DNA of 64,000 nucleotides from NCBI GenBank assembly GCA_024346625.1, contig AP024664.1, forward strand, positions 1,116,001-1,180,000, written 5' to 3'. The notes below the pieces were generated by a model. The model ran no database searches and had not been told where the DNA came from. It saw only the letters and a list, made by a program, of their open reading frames with translations. Position 1 is the first letter of the stretch; the number at the start of each line of letters is the position of its first letter. Shown here piece by piece: positions 43,393-53,643 of this stretch. The DNA comes from Williopsis jadinii (taxonomy: Eukaryota). The translations under genes were made by a program, and so were the position numbers.

Positions 43393-43693
43393 CACTTTAA
43401 CACCAGTTACACTACTTTTTACAATCGAGTCTATACGCCCGATGTTGGCACCCTGAAAGCCCCGAATTTTAGCCTCGGCTCTTTTGACCCTTCTTTGCGG
43501 GTGTTGTATTGAATCGGTAACCGGAGTGATTGAAAACAATTGGCACACTGCATGCCGACTAGAACTCTAAAAGTTTGGTGATCATAGGATTTGTGTCCAT
43601 GTCCACGAGGACCACTTTGCCGGGATTTTCTCTCTCCTTTGTTCTCCATCTGAGGTTACTTGGGTTATCGTTTTATATAATCGCAATATAAAG

Positions 43694-45001
43694 ATGGTTG
43701 GATTCAGAGGAACCGTGGAACAGCACCACCACAAGAACACCGTTCAATTGCCTTTGAAGGACTCTGATGGCTCTGCTGCTGCGACCATCCCACTGGACAA
43801 GTTGGTTGATTCAATTGAGGGTCTTCAGGACAAGTCCCGGTTCTGGCTGGCACCAACACTGTGCCATGGAGCCCTCCAGACTATGTACATCTATGGTGCT
43901 GCTGCTGACCAGGTGAAGTTCCCGGTGTACTACGGAAGAAGGGTTGTTGAGCTGCCACAAGGCGGTGTCGTCTCTGCCGATTATGTGATTCCTCAACCGG
44001 AGTCTAGCGAATCGTTCAAGAAGCTCGTTGGCGAGAACTTCCCTGAAGGCTGGCCAAAATTGCACCCAAGAACTAGATACCTCTCTCCATCTGAGGTTGA
44101 TGCACTGAAGAGCGAGACCGAGACAAGACCTCTTGTCATCATCAACCATGGCCTAGGTGGTGGTTCTCATGAGCCTGTTATCAGAATGCTCACTTCTGAA
44201 CTGCACGATGCTGGAATTGACGCCGTCGTCTTGAACTCCAGAGGCTGCTCCAGAACTAAGCTCACCACGCCAGAGCTGTTCTCCGGGTTGGCGACTGAGG
44301 ATTTGCGTTATTTCACCAAGCTCATCCAGAAGGAGTATCCAAAGAGACCTCTCTTTGGTGTCGGGTTCTCGTTTGGTGCTACGATCTTGTCAAACTACTT
44401 GGGTGAAGAAGCTGGCGACTCACCATACGTTGCCGCTGCTGTCCTGTCCAACCCGTGGGATATGGTTGACTCTGCTTATCACATCCAGCACCAGCTGGTT
44501 GGTAAGTACCTGTTCTCTGATTCCATTGCATTTGCCCTATCAAGAATGGTCAAGTCCAACAGAGAAACCCTGTCCCAGAGTCCATTGTTTACAGAGGAGA
44601 AGATCCATAAGAAGTATCACTCCACAGTGGAGTTTGACAATGCAATCACAGCGCCTGAGTATGGATTCCAAACAGCGTATCAATACTATAGAGCGGCTTC
44701 CTCTGTGAACAGACTGTTGAAGATCCGTACTCCATTGCTTGCCATCAACTCATCTGACGATCCTGTTGTAGGTGTCTACTCCATTCCAAACTTTGAGGCA
44801 GAGGCTAACCCATACGTTGTTCTCATAAAGACGGATCTCGGTGGCCACCTGGCCTTTGTCCAACACGACGGTAAGTCCTGGGCCGTTGAAAGAATCGTTG
44901 ATTATTTCAAAGCATTTGATAAGACTGTCGACTTGACAAAGAAGGTTGAGAGTAGCTACAAGCCAATGGTTTCAAAATACGTCGACAAGGTCCACTTCTA
45001 A
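43694..45001 (+). CDS. EHT1: Acyl-CoA:ethanol O-acyltransferase / alpha-beta hydrolase (Eht1/Eeb1 family)
   Basis: 'LHPRTRYL', 'HGLGGGSHEP', 'GFSFG' nucleophile motif, 'DDPVVG', 'GGHLAF'; synteny with ECM31, PNG1 and SEC62. Confidence 0.9.
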   Translation: MVGFRGTVEQHHHKNTVQLPLKDSDGSAAATIPLDKLVDSIEGLQDKSRFWLAPTLCHGALQTMYIYGAAADQVKFPVYYGRRVVELPQGGVVSADYVIPQPESSESFKKLVGENFPEGWPKLHPRTRYLSPSEVDALKSETETRPLVIINHGLGGGSHEPVIRMLTSELHDAGIDAVVLNSRGCSRTKLTTPELFSGLATEDLRYFTKLIQKEYPKRPLFGVGFSFGATILSNYLGEEAGDSPYVAAAVLSNPWDMVDSAYHIQHQLVGKYLFSDSIAFALSRMVKSNRETLSQSPLFTEEKIHKKYHSTVEFDNAITAPEYGFQTAYQYYRAASSVNRLLKIRTPLLAINSSDDPVVGVYSIPNFEAEANPYVVLIKTDLGGHLAFVQHDGKSWAVERIVDYFKAFDKTVDLTKKVESSYKPMVSKYVDKVHF

Positions 45002-45053
45002 AGCGAAACATCTCCTTACACTGATACACACATCCACATATACATATACACTG

Positions 45054-46064
45054 CTAATTTCCCGCTTCTCCCCTTGCCGTAGTCCACGCAATGGAGCCGC
45101 TCTGTCTTGGAGCCAGCTGGCTGGCGGATGGTGAAGCACGAGCCAGGCTACCGCCCAGCTCAAGCGTTTCGAAGTAGTCCTGGATCATCAGCGTCGTGAG
45201 TTCCGGAGCTGGTAGAGCGGCTCTTTGGAGTGCCGTGAGAAGAGTCAGGGCCTCTTTCAGAACAGACTCGTCTACTTTATCCCTAGGCAGTGCCTTGTCA
45301 CCATCAACAACGTATCTCTTGGAGACGTCCTGATAGCCATGTATCCCAACGGCGATACAGTAGCTCATCTTCTTACCCCAACCCTTGTTATAGAGCTCAG
45401 GGTTATCAAAGGCGTCTTCGCACGAGTCGAGGTGGATCCACCTCCCCTGCGAGTTCGACCAGTACTCTGTCCACACGTGGTCTTCAGCATTCCATACGTA
45501 TCTCACTCTCAGCCCCAAGGAGCGCAAGATCAGAGCGAAGCAGTTGGCCCATTCACCACACCGGCCGTTTCTGGTCTTCAGCAGCATCGCAGGGTTGTTG
45601 TAGCGCGGGTACCTCACCAGAGACCCGTCAGCACAGCGGTACACCTCAGTGACAGAGGCACCGCCTTCTCTGGTCTCCTGTGGGCTGGATCTCTCAACAG
45701 AGATGCGTTGTGGCTTGCCCAGCTCCGGCGCAACCTCAGGCTCGTTGGTCCACTTGAAGAAGTCTGTCTTGAACCAGTGGAGTGTTTCCAGCACCAGACA
45801 GTCCGTGAAGTCATAGCCCTTCGCTCTGTTCTCCTCCTGCTGCAGCCTCTCATCAGCACCTTTATACAGGCGCTCAACGTCGATCGCTTCCAGGGCGAGC
45901 TCCTGGTTTATAGGGTCCTCGTACTGCTGGACCGTGCTGGACAGCGACGCGATCCTCGTGAGGAACCCGTTCTGTGAGATCAATTGGCGAAGACGATCCC
46001 TCTTCCCGCAATCACGGAGTTGCCTGGCCACACATCTGTCTCTGAAAGCGTTATACAGCTCCAT
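45054..46064 (-). CDS. PNG1: Peptide:N-glycanase
   Basis: 'LHWFKTDFFKW', 'RYPRYN', 'GRCGEWANCF', 'EDHVWTEYW', 'HLDSCE', 'GWGKKMSY', 'RQSGSIAWTTARGE'. Confidence 0.93.
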   Translation of the reverse strand: MELYNAFRDRCVARQLRDCGKRDRLRQLISQNGFLTRIASLSSTVQQYEDPINQELALEAIDVERLYKGADERLQQEENRAKGYDFTDCLVLETLHWFKTDFFKWTNEPEVAPELGKPQRISVERSSPQETREGGASVTEVYRCADGSLVRYPRYNNPAMLLKTRNGRCGEWANCFALILRSLGLRVRYVWNAEDHVWTEYWSNSQGRWIHLDSCEDAFDNPELYNKGWGKKMSYCIAVGIHGYQDVSKRYVVDGDKALPRDKVDESVLKEALTLLTALQRAALPAPELTTLMIQDYFETLELGGSLARASPSASQLAPRQSGSIAWTTARGEAGN

Positions 46065-46273
46065 TTCTACTGGTTACGAGGGTTTGTTCGGTATGAAAGG
46101 CGGGAGAAGTTAAAAAGGTGTCATCGCCATATATCGCGGGCCCTGCTCTCGATTAGGTGGCATACAGACGATTATATTATATTATGATATATATAATATA
46201 ATATATATATACAGCTAGGGTTAGTGATCTATGTACAGTATAATCAGCAGTGCCTAGACGATCTCAGCAGCGA

Positions 46274-47731
46274 CTAGACGACTTCAGCAATGCAGTACTT
46301 CGCCTTACCAACCCTCAGCAGCAGGATCTTTCCATCGATCAATTGCTCTCTGGTCAGCAGCAAAGAGTCAGAGGTGTCGACCTTGAACCTGTCGTAGCCG
46401 AGATAGACACCACCGTTGGCAACCAGCTTCTTGGCCTCCTTCTTTGAGCAGCCGTGGAGCTTCGCCACCAACGTGCTGAATGGCTTGTTCAAGAATTCTG
46501 CACCTTCTAGAGTGGTGAGGATGCCGGCGTTCTTGAAAGAGTGGATCAACGTGTCAGAATCGATGTCTGGATAGGCCAGGTCTGGCAATGGATACAGGAT
46601 CTGCGAGATGACAGCAGCATCCTTCCCTGAGCCGATGCCGTGGATCAGATCAGTGACCTCGTTTGCCAGGACCCTCTGAGCATTGCGGTAGGAAGGGTCC
46701 TTCATGTGTCTCTCCACGATGGAGTCGATCTGCTTGATGGGAAGGAATGTGAAGATCTTCAACAGTTTGGCAACGTCGGAATCAGGGGTCTTCATGAAGT
46801 ACTGGTAGAGGTCGAAGCTCGGGGTGATGGAGGAGTCGATGAAGACGGCGTTGCCTGCGCTCTTGCCAAACTTGGCACCTGAAGAAGTCGTCAAGAGTGG
46901 GACAGTGATGCCAAAAGGCTGCTTCTTCGACTTGGGGTCCTTCAGCCTGGTGATGAAGTCGATTCCAGCGGTGATGTTACCCCATTGGTCGTTACCTCCA
47001 ACTTGGATGCTCACATTGTCGTTCTGGAACAGGTAGTGGAAGTCGTAGGCCTGTAGGACCTGGTAGGCGAACTCGTTGAATCCAATACCATTCTCAGATT
47101 CAATACGGCCTTTGACACTATCTCTTGCAAGCATTTGTCCGACTCTTATGTGTCTACCGTAGGTGGACAAGAACCCTAGGAAGGTGACGTCCTTCCACCA
47201 TTCGTAGTTGTTTCTGGTGGATATGGCACCTTCATTCACCATTGGCGTGATGGCCAAAGACTTGACGTAGCGGACACCGCTGGTAAAGAACCTCTCCATC
47301 TGACCAGAGATCCTCGAGACATTGTCCAGCCTCGTCTGGTCCTCCATGGCAGAACGCTCAGTAGTACGGCCACTAGGATCACCAACGGCACCGGTGGCGC
47401 CGCCAACCAGTCCAGTGATGTCGTGTCCTCTAATGTTGAAATGGAGTAGGATCATCAGGGGTAACAGGTTGCCCAAATGGAGCGATTTGGCAGTAGGATC
47501 TGCTCCACAGTACAACCCGAGCTTGGTCTTCTCAATCAGCTCACCTAGCTGCTCCTCGCTGGTGACATTAGAGACCAATCCTCTCTCCTTTAAGTGCGGT
47601 AACAGAGGTTGTTCGAGGTCTTCCTGGAGCAGCTTCTGATCAACGTTGAGAGACTGATGCCATAGCTCACTGAACTGGTGAAGCTGGCGTGCACCGAGTT
47701 GTCTCTTGAAGATCGATCTGAACGGAATCAT
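46274..47731 (-). CDS. MSY1: Mitochondrial tyrosyl-tRNA synthetase
   Basis: 'YCGADPTAKSLHLGN', 'YQVLQAYDF', 'QVGGNDQWGNI', 'KFGKSAGN'; adjacent to PNG1 as YPL097W/YPL096W. Confidence 0.95.
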   Translation of the reverse strand: MIPFRSIFKRQLGARQLHQFSELWHQSLNVDQKLLQEDLEQPLLPHLKERGLVSNVTSEEQLGELIEKTKLGLYCGADPTAKSLHLGNLLPLMILLHFNIRGHDITGLVGGATGAVGDPSGRTTERSAMEDQTRLDNVSRISGQMERFFTSGVRYVKSLAITPMVNEGAISTRNNYEWWKDVTFLGFLSTYGRHIRVGQMLARDSVKGRIESENGIGFNEFAYQVLQAYDFHYLFQNDNVSIQVGGNDQWGNITAGIDFITRLKDPKSKKQPFGITVPLLTTSSGAKFGKSAGNAVFIDSSITPSFDLYQYFMKTPDSDVAKLLKIFTFLPIKQIDSIVERHMKDPSYRNAQRVLANEVTDLIHGIGSGKDAAVISQILYPLPDLAYPDIDSDTLIHSFKNAGILTTLEGAEFLNKPFSTLVAKLHGCSKKEAKKLVANGGVYLGYDRFKVDTSDSLLLTREQLIDGKILLLRVGKAKYCIAEVV

Positions 47732-48029
47732 AGCTTCTTCTCAAGTGCTGAAGTGTGTGGTGATTGGCGTGGTGGACGTGTATATTTATACTCAGTAGAT
47801 ATGTCCAGCCCACCACCGCTTTTTTTTCACCTCCACCATGCCCTGATCAGCCATATGACAATACAACACCACATCATCATCGCAGGATTGCGGCCTTAGG
47901 ACTATGAAAACTACTCAATCATTGGTGTATGTGTGCTACTACATCAACAGTGTGTGTGTAGCCGAGAGTCGATTAAAGAAACCATTCGATAGTTCTCCTC
48001 TACCTATGTACTGGTGATGAGCATTCTCT

Positions 48030-48830
48030 TTACTCGTCAACTTCATCTAACACGACACGACGTTTTGCAACTGGCTTCTCATTCTGCTGTGAGCTCGTGG
48101 TCTTTGCACTGTCCTCGACGACTTGCTGCTGCTGCTTCTTCTTAGACTTCTTCACCTTTGCAACCTCCCAAGCATAGAATGGCTTAAAACTATCAAAGAA
48201 CCCAACGTCTTCAAACAAGTTAGGGAATATCCACAGCCCTTGCGGCATTACGGCAATCGACAGCACATATAAAATCAGCCTAACAATGGCAATCACGATG
48301 ATGAGGCATACAAAGCCCAGCAGAGCCATGGAAAGATACCACACACCTCTTCTCATGAAGAGCGGCCACAGTGGGAACAGAACCACCGTGAAGACACCAA
48401 TGAGGATACCGAAGCCCATGAGACGGTCCCACGGGTTGGACTTCTTGTAGAACCAGATGTAGTACTGGTCTGGCTCAAACGACGCCTGTTGTAGAGGAAG
48501 GAAACACGGCGATCCCTTCTTGACCTTGATGTTCTGCGCTCTCGCCTCACTGGTGTGCAGTTTCTGTCCCGGCAGAAGTAGCCTGTTCTTGATCAGCAGA
48601 ATCACAAGGTTCTTAGCATCGTCCTTGGTCTTACACACAGGCAACTGATTCTTCGGATTCGACGCCTTCGAGTTGTACTCCTCAGACATCAACGCACGCA
48701 CTGCCCTCTTGTAACGGAAGAAGTCCACCGAGGAGCCCTGGAGCGAGCCTGAACGCTGCTTCAACACGGCATTGTCGCGCAGAAAGTTGGCTACGTTAAC
48801 AGCAACAGGATCGACAGGTGGTGCTGACAT
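48030..48830 (-). CDS. SEC62: ER translocon subunit Sec62
   Basis: 'VANFLR', 'DFFRYKRAVRAL', 'LFPLWP', 'WIFPNLFEDVGFFDSFKP'; likely ATG at 48830. Confidence 0.92.
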   Translation of the reverse strand: MSAPPVDPVAVNVANFLRDNAVLKQRSGSLQGSSVDFFRYKRAVRALMSEEYNSKASNPKNQLPVCKTKDDAKNLVILLIKNRLLLPGQKLHTSEARAQNIKVKKGSPCFLPLQQASFEPDQYYIWFYKKSNPWDRLMGFGILIGVFTVVLFPLWPLFMRRGVWYLSMALLGFVCLIIVIAIVRLILYVLSIAVMPQGLWIFPNLFEDVGFFDSFKPFYAWEVAKVKKSKKKQQQQVVEDSAKTTSSQQNEKPVAKRRVVLDEVDE

Positions 48831-49305
48831 CTTCTCTAACCCTTTTGGAAGCCCTTGTAGCTGAAGTGAAGCGTAGCGACGTGTATGCTGACCGTGCCTG
48901 CTCATACGTGTTATTTTTGCCTGTGTGTGTGTGGTGTATGGGTTTTGTGGCCGTGGGCTTGCCGTGGCCACGGGCGTGTGGTGTCTGGATGTATTTCCCA
49001 CCCTCGATGCTTCGGGGTCCTCACAGCGCAGTTTGAGGGCTGGAAACACGGTTCCAAGGCCCAATGAGTGGTGTGTACGCCTCAATGGGCGTGGAGATCG
49101 ATGGGAATCTGTCACAGGCGACAGAATGCTTGATGGAGCGGGAATTCGTGGGGGCTGCCATTGGTTCGTCTGAGCTCTTTGGTGTGGTTGAAGACAGGGT
49201 AACGGCCATCGCGTATGGTCAAAAAAATTATTTCACTGTACACAGCAGCACCGTTGTTGTAGGCTGTATACCTCTGTTGACTTACAAGTAAAGGGAGATA
49301 CTGAG

Positions 49306-50283
49306 ATGGAGGCGTACTCAGAGGAGGACCTGAGGAAGCTGATCGCTTCCTTCCGCGAGGGTCTTGAGCTGTATAACAAAACGCTCTCAGAATCGCTTGA
49401 AGACCTGAGAAATGAGCCATTGGAGAACCCACACCGTGAACTGTCCAAGCTGGCGCAGCTGCTATACGCCCATGCCACGAAGATTGGGATTGCGTTCAGA
49501 CCACCGGTGAGTATCAATGCGAGCTATGAACAGCTGCGAGAGACGTCGTCGAAATTGCTGCTGATTGTTGGGCTGGTTGCGCAGTTTGAGCCTCGAGCAT
49601 GGTCCCAGTTGTACCATGATGAGGTGGTGTCACAGGTACGGGAGGTGATCAGTGCCTTCATAACGTTGTTGGATGAGCTGGAGCAGTTGGACTTCAAGGA
49701 CGATTCCAGCGAGAACAGCGAAGGAAGACTGATCTCTGTCGGCAAGGTTTGGGATAGCTGTAAGTCACTCGAAGAACTGATGTCGTTGGGAAACATTGGG
49801 CTCTTGAGTAAACAGATCAAGTTGAGCATCGGTATCGTGGAGGATGCTTCCTCAGAGCTATCAGAATGGCTGCTTGATCCTTATGTTGAAACGGATATTC
49901 TCATCGGCCAGGATAAAGAGGGAGAAGACGATGACGATGACGATGAGGTTTCACATGATACACTCGAATTCGCCAACCAGTGGATAACAAAGGTCAAGAT
50001 GCTCAAGTTGCTGTTGAGTTCCCTTGCCAAGTCATTACCTACAAAGGTGGCTGATGGATCTTTGCTTGATCGGTTCAACAAGGAACAGAAGAGTCTGTCT
50101 GCAAACGTTGATGACCTCGTGTGCGATATCTTTCTAAACCAAGATAAGGAACAATTGGATCAAAATGCGCAAAGGGTTCAAGATCAGAGTAAACTCCTCA
50201 TCAAGTTAGTAAGAGACCTGAACAAAGGGGATGATAAGAAGACCATGTGGTTAGACCTTTGGCTGGAGAAATTTCAACATTAG
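49306..50283 (+). CDS. YLR287C-like (GCIP/cyclin-D-interacting family) helical protein
   Basis: 'ELSKLAQLLYAHATKIGI' and 'RLISVGKVWDSC' match YLR287C 'ELDKLASVLKAHCTKIGI' and 'RLTSVGKIFNAC' as recalled. Confidence 0.75.
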   Translation: MEAYSEEDLRKLIASFREGLELYNKTLSESLEDLRNEPLENPHRELSKLAQLLYAHATKIGIAFRPPVSINASYEQLRETSSKLLLIVGLVAQFEPRAWSQLYHDEVVSQVREVISAFITLLDELEQLDFKDDSSENSEGRLISVGKVWDSCKSLEELMSLGNIGLLSKQIKLSIGIVEDASSELSEWLLDPYVETDILIGQDKEGEDDDDDDEVSHDTLEFANQWITKVKMLKLLLSSLAKSLPTKVADGSLLDRFNKEQKSLSANVDDLVCDIFLNQDKEQLDQNAQRVQDQSKLLIKLVRDLNKGDDKKTMWLDLWLEKFQH

Positions 50284-50388
50284 TATACAATAAATAGACC
50301 GTCAATTGAGTTATAATCATACACTACTTCTAAGGATTGGTGTTTTTTTGTCATATTCTATCTAAGTATCCACCCATGAATAGCAATA

Positions 50389-52404
50389 TCACCATTCATC
50401 TCCATCACTTTCATCATCACTTCTTCCAACTTTAGCCTTTCTAGAGCTCAAAGCCGCAGCCAAAGCATCTGCCAAACTTCCACCACCACCAGGGGCACCA
50501 GGAGCACCACCAGATGAAGGAGGAGGTGCCTCACCGCGTTGTTCTTGTAATATGATAGATGGTTTGTCCAGCTGTGATTTGTCAACTTTCTTCAAGGATC
50601 CTATACCTGCACCACGGATAGAGGCCAATAAAGCGTCTCTACCAGCATCGGCTTGAGGCAACGGTGGTGCTGGTGTTGAGTCAGTAGACATTGCAGGAGG
50701 AGGAGGAGGTGCGACTGGGATAGAGCCACCAGCTGGCAATGGAGGAGGTGGTGGAATGGAGCCACCAGATGGTAATGGTGGGGGTGCTGGAATGGAGCCA
50801 CCAGCTGGCAATGGAGGAGGTGCTGGAATTGCATTTGAGTGTGCAGTTTGGGGCAATGGAGGAGGTTGAGGTACAGATGTTGGTTGTTGATATTGTTGAT
50901 GTTGTTGTGGCTGTTGATACTGTTGTGGTTGTTGATACTGTTGTGGCTGATACTGCTGCTGATACTGCTGTTGATGATCTGCTTGTCTTGAAGGTGGAGC
51001 CGGTGGAACTGCTCTTGAAGACCGTGAAGGAGGAGGAGGTGGAGCTGCACCACCACGACGCGAAGGAGGCACAGGTGGTGGAGCCCTGCCTTGAACAGTT
51101 GATCCCACAGCTCCCATTGTAGCTCTTGGAGGAGGAGCAGGAACTGGCCCCCTTGAAGGTGGAGCTGGAGGCACCGCACCTCTTGATGGAGGAGTAGGTA
51201 CTGGTCTTGATTGTTGTGGCAGCGGAGGTGGAACAGGCCTGACCTGTTGAGATAGAGCAGGTGGCACAGGCCTTGCCTGTTGGGGCAATGCTGGTGGCAC
51301 AGGTCTCCCCTGTGGCGAAGGTGTTGATGCATACGGACTCGATACTGTTGGTGTGAACTGTTGTTGCTGTTGTGACGGTGGTGTTGGCAATGACGTCGTC
51401 AATGGAGGAGGAACAGAATGTACCAATGGTGGTGGAACTTTATGCACTGGACCCTTTGGAGTTTCTGGCTCAGGCGATGGCTGTAAAGATGACCTTTGAT
51501 CACTGTTATCATTATAAGAGTACTCAGGCGGAGGTGACACTTCAGATTGGATTGACGGAGTTGAGCTCATAGTGCTTGAATGAGCCAATGGTGGTGGAGG
51601 AGGAGGAGCCTTTTTCCTCATCGAACCAGAAGTTGTAGCTATGCTTGAGTAGAACTCCTGTTGAGGAGCAGATTCAGATGAATTGAACGATGACTGCACG
51701 GTGTTTCTACCACGCTGGAACTTCCGTGGAACCGGAGGCTCCAATCCAACCAATGGCCCGCCTTGTTGTCTGATGTAGTCCTTGATGAATTCCTTGTTAT
51801 CAGCAATCATGTCCTCTGTTATCCCGGCATTGGCCAATTCCTTATACAGAGCTCTCCACTCCGGTGGAGGCTGATCATCGTAGTACAACACATGGGTCGT
51901 CTTTCTGATTCTCTGGTCACCGCCACTTGTACTCAACAGCTCTCCACGAGGCCCCGGAGCCCTCGATTCCTCGGGCATGCTCTTCTTCAGCGCAATCGCC
52001 TGCTTATTGTTCACGGTCTTCTTCGAGCCATGCTTCTCCCTATGGCACACTCTCTTGTAGAAGTGCGTAGCGTCAGATGTATCGTCGAACAGTAGGCCGG
52101 CTAGGCAGTCCTCCAGCTCAAAGGTGTGGAAGAAGGACCGGTCTTGGTTATACTGGAAGTCCACATACAGCTCCTGATCCCACACAACGCCGCGCTGGCC
52201 ATGGATATCAACCAGCTTGAGGAAGAAGGAGTGGCCAACCAGGTCGTCAACCAGAACGACGGCTCCGCTGAGCCCAGTGTACGTCCATTGTTGTGGATCA
52301 GGGTACGCAATGTACAACCGGGCAATGGCACCATCAAGCACCTTCTGCGATGCCTTGGGGATCACACGCTTGACTTTATCCTTCTGTGCTGTGGTCAATC
52401 CCAT
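50389..52404 (-). CDS. LAS17: WASP homologue, Arp2/3 activator
   Basis: N-terminal WH1 domain 'ARLYIAYPD...VWDQELY', polyproline region, WH2 'GRDALLASIR', acidic end 'DGDEW'. Confidence 0.96.
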   Translation of the reverse strand: MGLTTAQKDKVKRVIPKASQKVLDGAIARLYIAYPDPQQWTYTGLSGAVVLVDDLVGHSFFLKLVDIHGQRGVVWDQELYVDFQYNQDRSFFHTFELEDCLAGLLFDDTSDATHFYKRVCHREKHGSKKTVNNKQAIALKKSMPEESRAPGPRGELLSTSGGDQRIRKTTHVLYYDDQPPPEWRALYKELANAGITEDMIADNKEFIKDYIRQQGGPLVGLEPPVPRKFQRGRNTVQSSFNSSESAPQQEFYSSIATTSGSMRKKAPPPPPPLAHSSTMSSTPSIQSEVSPPPEYSYNDNSDQRSSLQPSPEPETPKGPVHKVPPPLVHSVPPPLTTSLPTPPSQQQQQFTPTVSSPYASTPSPQGRPVPPALPQQARPVPPALSQQVRPVPPPLPQQSRPVPTPPSRGAVPPAPPSRGPVPAPPPRATMGAVGSTVQGRAPPPVPPSRRGGAAPPPPPSRSSRAVPPAPPSRQADHQQQYQQQYQPQQYQQPQQYQQPQQHQQYQQPTSVPQPPPLPQTAHSNAIPAPPPLPAGGSIPAPPPLPSGGSIPPPPPLPAGGSIPVAPPPPPAMSTDSTPAPPLPQADAGRDALLASIRGAGIGSLKKVDKSQLDKPSIILQEQRGEAPPPSSGGAPGAPGGGGSLADALAAALSSRKAKVGRSDDESDGDEW

Positions 52405-52578
52405 TTCGTACTCTTACAGGCTCAATTGGCACGCCACTTCTGGTGATGTGTATGTTTCTGGCGTGGTTTTATGGGTGTCTCTGAGGGTTTGTTTGTAAGT
52501 GTTGGTGGGCGGGCGGTGGTTGTTTTCGCTGTTTGCGCGGAATCCCAGGCGGAGGGGGTTCCGGTGGTTTGTTCCCCA

Positions 52579-52780
52579 GGCTCCAGGCTCGTAGGCTCCA
52601 GACTCGTAGGCTCGTAGGCTCGTAGGCTCACGGGCACCCTGGCTCCATGCTCCATGCTCCAGGCTCCAGGCTCCAGGCTCCATGCTCCAGGCTCCAGGCT
52701 CCAGGCTCCAGGCTCCATGCTCCAGGCTCCAGGCTCCAGGCTCCAGGCTCCAGGCTCCAGGCTCCAGGCTCCAGGCTCCC
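52579..52780. repeat. Minisatellite: 20 x 7-bp (G/T)GCTCCA at 52641-52780, preceded by GGCTCGTA/GGCTCCA units
   Basis: Counted directly from the sequence. Confidence 0.95.
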
Positions 52781-52884
52781 GGGCTCCCAGCCCAGCCCAG
52801 CGCCCAACACCAAACAGCCACAACCAGATTTATTCACAACCCCCACTGTTAACACCAACATCAGCATTACAAGACACATCAAAA

Positions 52885-53643
52885 ATGACAAAGGAAAACC
52901 TCATTGGCATCTTCCGCTGCGATTACTCGCTAACTCTGAAGCACAAGTATGGCGACTTCGCCGACCAGTCAGCCCAGGTTATGAGGAATGCCGGGTATGA
53001 AGGTGATTTCAAGGTCTATGACGTTATCAAGTCACAGTATCCCACTGAGGAAGAGTTGGCACAGCTGAAGGGGATATGGATCACCGGCTCGGTCGACGAT
53101 GCGTTTGGAGATGTTCCATGGATCAATGAGCTGTGTGATTATCTCTGCAAGTTGTATACGACCCACCCAGGCATTCGTATCGTTGGCATATGCTTTGGCC
53201 ATCAAATCATCGGTAGGGTGTTTGGCTGTGGCGTTGGTCGCAACCCTAAGGGCTGGGAGTTTGGAACGTATCCAGTTGAGGTGTCCAAGGACAGTGACGT
53301 TCAAGAGCTATTTGAACAGGTGAAGGGGTCGTTCAAGATTGTTGAGGTTCATCAGGATATCGTCTTTGACATCCCACCAGGGTTTAAGTCCATTGGCTCT
53401 ACACAGCTAGCACCAGTCCAAGGCTTATACCAAAGGGACAGGGTCTTGACTTTCCAAGGACACCCGGAGTTCACACTAGCATTCCTCGTTGATCTTTTGG
53501 ATGCTCGAAGCAAAGCCGGCAAATTCACAGATGAGCAGGTCAAGCGTTTTGAAACTAGGCTGATTGCGGATCAAGGTGTCGAGATAACTAGAGTCATACT
53601 GAAATTCCTTCTGGAAACAAGAACAAACCGCTTGATTAATTAG
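52885..53643 (+). CDS. Class I glutamine amidotransferase-like protein (YLR126C-like)
   Basis: ATG at 52885 after an A-rich context; 'WITGS', 'GICFGHQ', 'QGHPEF' (Cys-His-Glu triad). Confidence 0.85.
   Translation: MTKENLIGIFRCDYSLTLKHKYGDFADQSAQVMRNAGYEGDFKVYDVIKSQYPTEEELAQLKGIWITGSVDDAFGDVPWINELCDYLCKLYTTHPGIRIVGICFGHQIIGRVFGCGVGRNPKGWEFGTYPVEVSKDSDVQELFEQVKGSFKIVEVHQDIVFDIPPGFKSIGSTQLAPVQGLYQRDRVLTFQGHPEFTLAFLVDLLDARSKAGKFTDEQVKRFETRLIADQGVEITRVILKFLLETRTNRLIN

Noticed and set aside
45984..46187. ERI1-like small ORF between PNG1 and MSY1 ('FYWLR')
   Set aside because: Overlaps the PNG1 start, begins at a non-ATG codon and lacks Eri1's two hydrophobic segments; coincidence.
47850..48025. 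Possible snoRNA between MSY1 and SEC62
   Set aside because: No convincing box C/D or H/ACA arrangement by eye; an Rfam scan would be needed.
52414..53000. Repeat proteins 'SLEPGAW' and 'RLQAPGS' in the ORF track
   Set aside because: Translation artefacts of the stop-free 7-bp minisatellite. It is also not a CRISPR array, as there are no spacers.
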